64,000 nt of DNA from Lingula anatina (Eukaryota > Animalia > Brachiopoda): assembly GCA_051362555.1 (NCBI GenBank), contig CM120645.1, positions 16,802,001 through 16,866,000 on the forward strand, written 5' to 3'. A program made the translations under genes and the position numbers. Of the stretch, positions 54,948-64,000 are shown piece after piece. Below the pieces are notes generated by a model. It was not told the origin of the DNA and did no database searches. It saw only the letters and a program-made list of their open reading frames with translations. The number at the start of each line of letters is the position of its first letter. The stretch's first letter is position 1.

Positions 54948-54969
54948 CTAGCACAGGGGTCAAGGAATC

Positions 54970-55026
<57 letters not shown>

Positions 55027-55355
55027 TATAATTAAAATGAAAATATCAATTGGCAAATTTACATATTTATATGTGCTTAAGTGGTTTTATTTCTTCTTTT
55101 TTTCCTCTGAGTCACTTTTTTGTGCATTATGTTCATAGACCATTGACATGTGTGTAGAATATTTTGTATTTTCATTAATCTGTATGTGTCAGTATTGCAG
55201 AGTCTGAACTTCAGATAAGACACAAGCCAACTTCTTCACTTTCAACTTTCCACATTTGCTCATCTAACAAGCCTTCACATGTATGGAGGTTTTAAAAATG
55301 AAGACCCTGGCATGCATCAGATCTGAGCCTGTAGATAACATTGCAGAAAGGATAC
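54948..55355 (-). other. U12-type (minor spliceosome) GT-AG intron
   Basis: 5' site GTATCCTTTC (55355-55346). Branch site TTCCTTGAC (54967-54959) lies 12 nt before the end of the intron. No long polypyrimidine tract. Splicing restores DGSTTLFYPSG. Confidence 0.9.
54970..55033. repeat. (AAT)n microsatellite inside the U12 intron
   Basis: Direct reading; abuts the branch site. Confidence 0.92.
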
Positions 55356-55589
55356 AACAATGTTGTTGAGCCATCAGCCATCGAGCACATGTACATCTTC
55401 CTGGTTTCCTTCCATTCTAACACAGGGACTGTAGGAAGGAATGGCTGGGTGCTAGATGCCCCAGAAGACACTCCTTTGCTGCTTCCCTTACGCATTTTAT
55501 TTATTGCCTCTTTCTTGGTGTCTCCATAGTAACGGATGATACTGGGCTTATCCAAACCCATTTCCTTCTCTTTGATAAGTTGCTCTTTG
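55356..55589 (-). CDS. C3orf20-like exon 5: start of FAM194 domain, ends at U12 donor
   Basis: ttccag|KEQLIKEKEMG...MYMCSMADGSTTL TT|GTATCCTTT. Phase 2 to 2. Confidence 0.88.
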
Positions 55590-55911
55590 CTGGAATCATA
55601 AATTGTTTTATATATTTTAATATATAAAAGTATAATTTTTGGCATTTTTTAGCTTTATAATGTGTTATTCATATGTAACATTTAAATGTTATACTAATAA
55701 TATAATGCTGTTGATGAAATACAGAAATATACATATATCTATCTGCCTTGCTATATGGAAGATCCAGGATGAAGGGGTAACTTATATGTGTTCTAAAACC
55801 CCAGCAAAATACCCAACATGAAACACACTTTTCTCTCTTTGTGGGAAGGCACTGCAAGTTAATCTGTAGTAAATAAAAACAATAAAGGATTCCACGGTTC
55901 CCCCAGCTCAC

Positions 55912-56005
55912 CCCTGTATCCTGGCCTGCTGTAGTCTATGTGTGGCCCACATTAGCACCGTCTCTTTCTCTGTGTCAGTTTTGATGTCTGGGTGCACAAT
56001 CCAAC
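55912..56005 (-). CDS. C3orf20-like exon 4
   Basis: ttcag|GWIVHPDIKTDTEKETVLMWATHRLQQARIQ GG|gtgagc. Phase 1 to 2. Confidence 0.85.
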
Positions 56006-56219
56006 CTGAACAGAAAGAAAAAAATTGAGGTATATCAATAATGAGATATCAAATGTGAGTGGAAAACCTGTTTTGATAATAAAAACTGAAATGAACATAT
56101 CTGGAGTTTTTTTGTTTTTTATTTTTTTTGAAAAGTTATATTTTCTAGGCTTCTTGGTTCACTTCAGTACAGAAATGCTATTCAGCAACAACAACATGCT
56201 GACAGTTTACTAAACTTAC

Positions 56220-56291
56220 CCTTTTCATCACACTGCTTATTGGAAAGCATAAACTGTATTGTTGAGACAGTATATGGCTGGTTTGTGACAG
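56220..56291 (-). CDS. C3orf20-like exon 3
   Basis: ttttag|..VTNQPYTVSTIQFMLSNKQCDEK G|gtaagt. 72 nt, phase 1 to 1. Forms the F.LS.K.C.EKGW motif with the next exon. Confidence 0.85.
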
Positions 56292-56590
56292 CTAAAATGT
56301 TGAAAAAGGCTCTAAATTACTACATAAAATTTTACATTGATTATCTATGTGATTTACTCTAAATTCATGTAACAAGCACTATTTCAAAAATAAAATTCAT
56401 ATTACATTTCTATGGTTCATTAGAATCCAAAATTCATAATTTTCTGAACCGATTTTTAACAGATAAAAATAACCAAATAATCAATTCATAGCTTTAACAC
56501 TTGATGCAAAAGCAAAGCATGCAAATAAGCAGCCAGATAAAATAGCAATAGCAGTAGCTGGTGACAGCAGTCCTCCCATGATCGACTTAC

Positions 56591-56680
56591 ACTTAGTTTC
56601 TGAGGGCGCCTCTACCACTGAGGTGGCACTCTCTTTTGGCTGCTGCTTTAGTGGTGGTGCACTAGATGGAACATTTGTGA
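56591..56680 (-). CDS. C3orf20-like exon 2
   Basis: cctgcag|..TNVPSSAPPLKQQPKESATSVVEAPSETK T|gtaagt. 90 nt, phase 1 to 1. Confidence 0.7.
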
Positions 56681-58312
56681 CTGCAGGGAAATTGTGAGAA
56701 GAAATAAAAAATGAAGAAAATAATAATAATGTGCAATACAGATTTTTAAGGATCATTCAATGTTTCAGAAGTAAATAATAAATAAAGAAGTTCAGACCCT
56801 GAAATTCCTAAATGAAAAGCGATAAATCAAACAGTGATATACTAGTTCAGGTCAAACTAAAGAATACATACAAAATAATCAAATGAAATGAAATTAAGTA
56901 ATTTTAACTTTTTTTCTTAATTTGTAAAATCATATCAATTACTGTAATCCTATCCAATATAACTGATTTTTGGGCTTTAATGGTTAATTCCCTCTTGATC
57001 TTTTCCTAACATTTGCACTTTCTTTGCTATTTTCCAAACTCATCTAGTGAATAGGCCATAATTTCAGAACATTGCTTTGTGCAGGACCTGCGGTGTAAAT
57101 TATCAACAAATGCTTCTCACGAGAAAAAGGAAAATGAAAAAAAAAAATCTTGTTTCCTCTTTTCAAAGAAAATGCCCTGGTCAACACTATTTGTTAACAG
57201 GAGTAAATGTCTCATGCTGGCAACCCTGAAGTATACTACTGTAAGTATTATGGAACATCAATACATCAAAACCTCGTTCGTACTCAAATATCCCCAATCC
57301 AAGTACACACATTTAAGAAAGCACATGCTTGGGTGTCTGTGGAATAAATATTTGACAATTCTAATTTCATTGATCTCTGGAAATATCCGATAAGGCACTT
57401 TCTTGGTGTTGATTCAAATGCAAATATTTGTTATCTTTGGAGCAGAACAGAATTGTGTGTGACTGTGAATGATTATTCAAGCAATTGCTCATGGCAAGTA
57501 CTTCCAAAAGTCTCCCATGAACATAATGCAAATAAGATTTAAAATTAAGCACATCAAGTTAAATGTCAACCAAATGATGAATTAACTGTTCAATTACACT
57601 GGAAAAGATATGCCCCTACTAGTGAGTGACCAGTATTGTAACCGAACTGGCAAATTAACATTGAGAATGCCATTGAAAATAAATAATTCATCCAAGTATG
57701 TTGAGACCATTTGTATAGCAGTAAATGTAACTAGTGCCTAAAGAAGACCTGTGCACAGTTTTTAAATCATTTCAAAACATATTACATAGAGCAGTCAGGG
57801 TGAATGCACATTATTTCTCAATTCATGCTTGAAAATGATCTCAATAAAGCTATATAAATTTCCAACAAATTATATTCATCAAATGAAATGAGAGAGTTTG
57901 TTCTCTGTCTTTCACACAAGTTGTTTGTTACCCTAGGTTAAGATGTCTTTTGTGTGGCATGTTTTTAAAGGATTTATATTAATAAAGCCTCTGTGAATTA
58001 AACTCTGGGTTTGTTTTGAAGCAGAACATTCAGCCAATTGTTATGCACTATTTCAATAAATATATTTTGATTCAAAAACCTTTCATCTTTTAAAGAAGCA
58101 AATGTGGATTATATTTATATTTATTCATACTAGGTACAGTAGGAAATTTGTTTTCAAAAGAGGTTTGTGATGCCTTGTGAAAAGCAAATTGGAGTGCTTT
58201 AAAATGCATTTAATAATGCAAACAGGAAAGTAATGAGAAACTTTAAAAAAATGAAGTGGTACTGAATGCAAATGGAATTCATAATTTGCACTTGCATTTA
58301 TCTTATACTTAC

Positions 58313-59228
58313 ATGATCCCCTGGAATCTGACATGTTCAATCTGAACTTGTCAAGTCTAGATTTTGGCTTAGGAACACCAGTACTTGCTCTGCGAACAGA
58401 GCTTTCCTTCCGATATCCCAATGAAGATGGCAATGTCATGTCACCAGCTACACTTCCACTGTCAGCAGTTCTTAACCTGGAACCTGTGCGACTTTCAGTA
58501 ACTTCAGATATATGCTCCAGTTCGACTTTTGACTCTCGTCTCCGTCGTTTGCTGTCCTCCCCAGTGTTTTTGGAGGCATCCTCAGCACCACTGCCTTCCT
58601 CCTCTGTTGTTTTTTCAGACTGTTTTTGCTGCAACATTTCTTGCTCTCTTTCCTTTTGTTCTCTTTCTGCTTTTTCTTTCTCTTTTTGTTGACGAGCAGC
58701 CTCTCTGTCTGCTTCTTTTTTATTTGCCTGTACTTGCCATTCTCTTGGCACATATGAAACATCTACAATCAAATCTGCATAAGTTGATTGCAACGCATGA
58801 TATAAATGTTTTGGCAAATATGGTTCTGTACCTTCAAATAAGTATAAAACTTTAGCCAATTGGAAAAGAATATTTGGTGCTGAAAACTTAGTTTCTTCAA
58901 AGAGATATCTTTGTGAGTCTTCATCATGGTCTAGAGCAATGTCTAGTCTATTCTTTAAGGCACTGAAAGCCTGATTTATATCTGGAAGTAAACTTTTCTT
59001 CAACTGTACGTCTTCCGCTGTCTGTTGCTCTCCTTCCAACTCCCCTTCAAATCCATCTTCTTCTTTATTCTGACCAGCTTCTTTTTCTTTGTTGGCCAAA
59101 AATGCTGCTACTTTTGGGTTAAGATGAGCAAACCTCAAGCTCTGTGGAAGCTCTTCGGGTGTTTTCCGAAAGCGCTTTGGCGTCCGCCGAAAGGTCGTCT
59201 GACGATAGAAGAACAGATCGTCTGCCAT
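58313..59228 (-). CDS. FAM194-domain (C3orf20-like) protein, coding exon 1: charged coiled-coil N-terminus
   Basis: ATG at 59228 (gcaacaATGG). Open to ...SDSRGS T|gtaagt, phase 1. E/K/Q-rich. Confidence 0.85.
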
Positions 59229-59399
59229 TGTTGCGTTGAAATACGACGTCTTTTAACAATTATTCATATTTTCCTTCACTGTCCTTCATCATTCACTTGG
59301 CTATTTTATGAAAAACAAAAACGAAATCGCAATTGCATTGGGAACAAATCTACTTGTGATTAGTTTAAGAATATAAATTTGACGTAAATACATCGACAA

Positions 59400-59835
59400 A
59401 AAAGGCAAGATGGCGGCGTCCACAAGAAAATAAAGGCAAAGTGGACAACCAAAACTAAGAACCAAAACCTCTGTCTATACAGCAATTTTAAACATTTATG
59501 TAGCAGGATACTATATAAAGATATATGTAGTATAACCCGCAAAATTCCTACTTTCACAGTTGATAAAATATTAAAACATTTGTAAATAATTAAACGGTAA
59601 TCGAACCGGTGGGAATATTCCTACAAAGTTATCACGCAAATGAATGGTAGTGCACTTTGCGTCCAGCTTAGGGACATACATACCAAAAGATATACGCTGC
59701 CCTTCATCCACTTCACTTCATTTAACCAAACTGATAATGATATATGCTCAAATTTATTCGTAAATACAGGGGAGTACCTGCCCTCCATCTGTGTCCGCCA
59801 TCTTGTTTACGTGACCTTTGTTGCTACGCGACCTC
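59400..59835. promoter_or_regulatory. Putative promoter / 5' region of the C3orf20-like gene with YY1 and RFX-like motifs
   Basis: CAAGATGGCGGC on plus at 59406-59417. CCGCCATCTTG at 59795-59805 (YY1 read on minus). X-box-like GTTGCTACGCGAC at 59820-59832. Confidence 0.5.
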
Positions 59836-60372
59836 ATGAGCTTAGCATTTCCTAGCCTTACTGATTAAAACTGGAAGTGTCTGTTTGTATCTTTATGGTT
59901 GCGATAAAAATACCAAATTTGGAACTATTACAGGTGAAAGAGAGTTTCTTACATCTCATCTTGGCTCTGAAGGCCCCAAAGGTGTTTGCATCTATCCACA
60001 ATCGTCATTGTTCAGCTATGCTGATCTACAATTAAGTAGTCTAGGCCTATATAGTAGGCTTACATGTAGTCTAGTCATTTTAATAAAAATGTTTTGAGTA
60101 GCGGCCTATAATTAATAATTACCTGTAGGAATGACTTTTTAAACTTACACGGCATTGATTTGTAACATAAGTAACCAGAAAATTCTTTGTCTCAAAGACG
60201 TCAATTTAATGATATCTATCTTGTAGACCTACCTGTAGGTCTATATAAAAATAGTGGTTGAGGGTAATATTTATGGATAGGATACTCGTTCCAGTAGGCC
60301 CTGTACCTGTGTGTCAGGGCACACAGGCCTATATAAATATATCGCACGTAGTAGCCCATTACAGTTTTTATT

Positions 60373-60475
<103 letters not shown>

Positions 60476-60876
60476 GATGGATAGGCTTACAGGGCTTGGA
60501 AAAAGAATCAGAACTCCAATCTTGACCTAGTATAGAGGTGCAAATAAGTTCACAGGCATGCTCTTAAAATATTTTGTGCACAGATTACAAACTATGTTTG
60601 ATTATTTTAGGGTCCCACATGAAGAAGTTTCTATCAAAGTTTCACTCACCTGGAACAATGAATAATAAAAAATAATTCATCGTTACTGTCACAAATGCAA
60701 AACGGCCAGCTGTGAAAACGTTTTACTCACTTTGAAAATTCAATCATTACTGGTTTTGTTCTCTAATATATCTTCTTCATGCATGGCGTTTTAAAACCGG
60801 CTGTGGTTCAAACGCTTTACTTACTTTGAAATTTCAATAATCACTGCATGGTTTTGTTCTTTAATTTATCTCCTAC

Positions 60877-60944
60877 ACTTAAGTCGCTCAAAAAATATGA
60901 TAATCTTCTGTATAGAGCAGTTACATTTTTTGAGCGACTTAAGT
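60877..60944. repeat. Perfect 20-bp inverted repeat with 28-nt spacer
   Basis: ACTTAAGTCGCTCAAAAAAT (60877-60896) and ATTTTTTGAGCGACTTAAGT (60925-60944). Confidence 0.9.
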
Positions 60945-61162
60945 TTGCTTGTCAAAAGGGGGAAGACACCCTACGGTCAGTAAAATAAGCATTAAATAAA
61001 CTATTTTCCATTCGTGGTCCATTATACATGAAATGTCAAACTATCATGGATCACACTATTTTTTTCAGTCAGCAACAGAAAACCCTTAGGCCTACGTCAT
61101 ATATAATTTACCATGACTGAATAACTATAAAATATATCGGAACGCGATATAAAAATTGAAAT

Positions 61163-61350
61163 CAGGGGCGGATCCAGGATTTTTTTAAGAAGGGGGGGGG
61201 GGGGGTCCGCAGATGCGAAACCGACCGCCCCCCCCCCACCACCACCACCCCACCCCCTTGGTGTGGGATTCGGGGACCGCTGAAAGGCCCCAAAATTTTG
61301 GTATTTTAGAGGGAGAACGGTGCATACCCTTTGAAAATCTTCGCCCCTTT
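61163..61350. mobile_element. MITE fragment (hAT-like CAGGGGCGGATCCAG terminus)
   Basis: Begins CAGGGGCGGATCCAGGATTTTTT followed by G and C runs, a terminus type common in invertebrate non-autonomous DNA elements. A possible far end GCTACGCCAGTG at 62111-62122 matches only loosely. Confidence 0.45.
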
Positions 61351-62923
61351 GGGAAATACATGTACAAAAAAAATAATTTTCATTATCATGCATGTACATG
61401 TACAGTATGTCGTCTGCAGCACATCGTGCACATCATGGGCAGCACATCAATTATTGAGTTAACCGCAATATTTTTCTCTTTGATGTCTTTTTGATTTTGA
61501 TTTTTTCCCTTTTCTTCTCCATTATTCCACGTGCGCAGCTGATTAAATGTAAAACTTTTTAAAAATTTTTAGCTGTTATCAGACAGATACGCACTTTACA
61601 GTAACAAGCAAACAGCTCATCTTTTCAAAGTCAATGCTATAAAGCTTTATCACGCAGTATAGAACAACGTAGAATATCAGGATGAACAGAGTTTTCATGC
61701 AATGAGGATGAAATTAACAACTGAACTGATGCCAATTGATATGTTTTGGTTGTCACTTGTCAATCATCTAGTGAAAAATCAAGGCAGATGGGGTCAATAA
61801 GTGCAAACACCTGGCGTAATCACTTGTTGGATAAAACCATTGAAATGAGCAATAATAGGACCGCCGGTAAAGAGACACCTGTTATTTTTGTTTTGTACAA
61901 TTTGCAATCTATATAGGCCTACAAGTAATAAAGGCAGACTAGCCTTGCTCGTAGATAAAAATTAATGCTTGCGATGGAATAATGAAATACATTTTAAAAT
62001 GTTTAATATATGTTGCTCTATAATATATACAGAACAGATTTAACATAGGTGTTCTTAAAAAAAGGTAAAGTGAAGCTTACTCTCACCCCAACCTGCCCCA
62101 CCCCCGTGCTGCTACGCCAGTGATTGTGTTAAACTAATTCTAAATGGTCACCTGATCTAGACTATACCGAGCACTGTAAGCTTTGCTTTCCAGTTTTCGG
62201 AGGTGGGGCATGGGTTCGTTATTCTAATACTATTACACATGTAGGTTGGGGCGTGGTTAAATCGGTGTTGCAAGCTGTTCAGGTGAGGATGACCCAAAGT
62301 ATTTTTAATTCGAGAGCATAATATCACAACATAACAATGTTTATTTCTGCATTGTCTAAGCGGGTAGTGATGAATCCTAATGTATCGATCTCCACCAAGC
62401 ATCTGGTTCGAAAAGTGCTTACGAAATTTCTCAATCCTTCGTCATCCTTCCATTCAATCACATTATTTACATGTAGTATATGTAGTTAAAAACATATCTA
62501 CGCCTTTGAATGTATAACGTTTCATTACAGAAAAGAGCAAAAGCATTACAAATATAGTACTCTCCTACAACCCCCCCCCCCCATTAAGAAACCACTTAAA
62601 TGTTCCTTTTTTAATATTTTATACTGTCATTAAATATACAAGCAGATACCCTTGTTCCGTCTTGAAACTGCATATTTTTAATAACCATATTTCATTACAT
62701 GTATAATTTGTTGAACCACATAAATATAAATAATTGCTAACAGTATTTTAATCGTCTGCGTTCTTTTGGTTACGCCAATTTTTCTAATCATCCAAACTAA
62801 GCCAGTTTTCACATAAGCAATACGTCAACTTATGCATCTTATGCATTCTCATTCTGCTGCAAAGAGAGGTACCTCAGGCATAGAAATAAAAGTGACTTTT
62901 CACCACAAATTTAATTAAGTCGT

Positions 62924-63261
62924 TTAAACTGGATTCACTATTCTGTCGTAAGTGATGATATATTCAGGATAGCACATTGTTGTCTCGTAAATAATAAACT
63001 CTCTGTACAACATATTGGAAACGTCTGCTATCACGGAGTCAAAATGACTGGTGTGGGTACATACGACTTGCATGCAGCCTTTAACAGTACAAGGAGGCCG
63101 TGGAAATTGTTTCTTTTCACGTGTGAGATATGGTCGACCCATGCAGGCACGAACAAGGAACATTTTTAACTCTTTCATCCCACGGTTCGTTTTTTCTGAA
63201 AAAGACAGAGATGGTGTCGCAAATAGTGAGGCCTTTACATATTTATTCACAACACAACTCT
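62924..63261 (-). CDS. PARP/ART catalytic domain, C-terminal half (possibly pseudogenised)
   Basis: KMFLVRACMGRP, RPPC....C....C.H, FDSVIAD, YREFIIYETTMCYPEYIITY, then stop. The acceptor at 63261 is tentative (weak pyrimidine tract). Confidence 0.8.
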
Positions 63262-63548
63262 CTATTTAGCATTCCCTCTCCATATAATTTATGTAACATT
63301 TTTCTTCAGTGCCAGCATCAATGTCAATCATTTGTGAAAACGTATATACATCAAGATAAATTTCCCATCAGCAAGATCGTTAGTAAATAAAGGCAAGTCC
63401 TTTTCAAATGATTCAGTCATTGCATACATAAGTCATATACATGATGCTACTTTAGTATCTGAAGAAGGCGTTCTTTTTAACGATATGATATCGCCTATTT
63501 TGTCTTTATATTTTAATCTTTTAAAGATGTAGAAAATGACGGTCTTAC

Positions 63549-64000
63549 TTCGTTCTGCTTCTTCTATCATGTCTAGCTCTGCCTTCGAGAAATTTTCTGC
63601 AAGGTAAATACCCCGTCCTTCGTTTGTGATCCTAAAATCAAATCCAGTGGCACATATTGTTTCAGCAACATTTGTGTTTGTCCCGTGAAAAAAATAGTAT
63701 TCATTCAGCTCATTTCTTAGGCCCTCATTTAAGATTCTGGAAAGCTTGTACGTATAGGCGTTCATCCATGGCGCTTTCTCAAAAGGATGCTGTGAACATT
63801 TCCTGGATATGTCTTGTAATTTGCAAAAATATTGGCTCCATAGTCGGGGATTTTCGACCCGCTCCACCTTCGTTATCTTAAAATCAGTGTTGTCTCTTGC
63901 ATGGATAAGCATTTTTACTTTAGACCACGACTTTGTCATCATACGATTGATCTCGTCCTGTATTTCACCGCTGCTAACATCGACTATCACGACCTTACCT
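63549..64000 (-). CDS. PARP/ART catalytic domain, N-terminal half; gene begins beyond the right edge
   Basis: KITKVERVENPRLWSQY, LNEYYFFHGT and GFDFR...GRGIYLAENFSKA. Frame is open to the window end. The left boundary (donor a|gtaaga at 63549) is tentative. Confidence 0.8.

Noticed and set aside
58125-58312. C-terminal tail of the 367-aa ORF
   Set aside because: Read-through past a consensus gtaagt donor into intron; composition changes abruptly.
62157-62460. Higher-complexity segment with an 81-aa ORF downstream of the PARP gene
   Set aside because: No recognisable protein or RNA motif in the frames I read.
63433-63435. In-frame TGA as selenocysteine or read-through in the PARP gene
   Set aside because: Further stops and a frameshift follow, and I saw no SECIS-like element.

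Overview
AT-rich animal genomic DNA, not prokaryotic. The repeat types and gene content suggest a lophotrochozoan, probably a mollusc (inference). Three intron-containing genes lie head-to-tail on the minus strand. (1) The 5' part of a CELSR/flamingo/starry night adhesion GPCR: six coding exons reconstructed with consistent phases (35974-39568, 15096-15448, 11586-11760, 10717-10842, 6060-6306, 48-252), covering cadherin repeats, EGF repeats and the start of LamG1; the gene runs off the left edge. (2) A complete 17-coding-exon FAM194-domain, C3orf20-like gene (46483-59228; 3435 nt, 1144 aa by my splice reconstruction) containing a textbook U12 minor-spliceosome intron. (3) The 3' part of a PARP/ART catalytic-domain gene with H-Y-E residues but an oddly interrupted catalytic core (62924-64000). 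Mobile DNA includes a hAT deletion derivative with perfect TIRs, a young 5'-truncated RTE/RTEX-like LINE with a 12-bp TSD, a Helentron/HINE-like element carrying a ~146-bp satellite array rich in perfect DR1 nuclear-receptor motifs upstream of CELSR, and small MITEs. Most short ORFs in the track are spurious. No database searches were run; family assignments come from recognised motifs.
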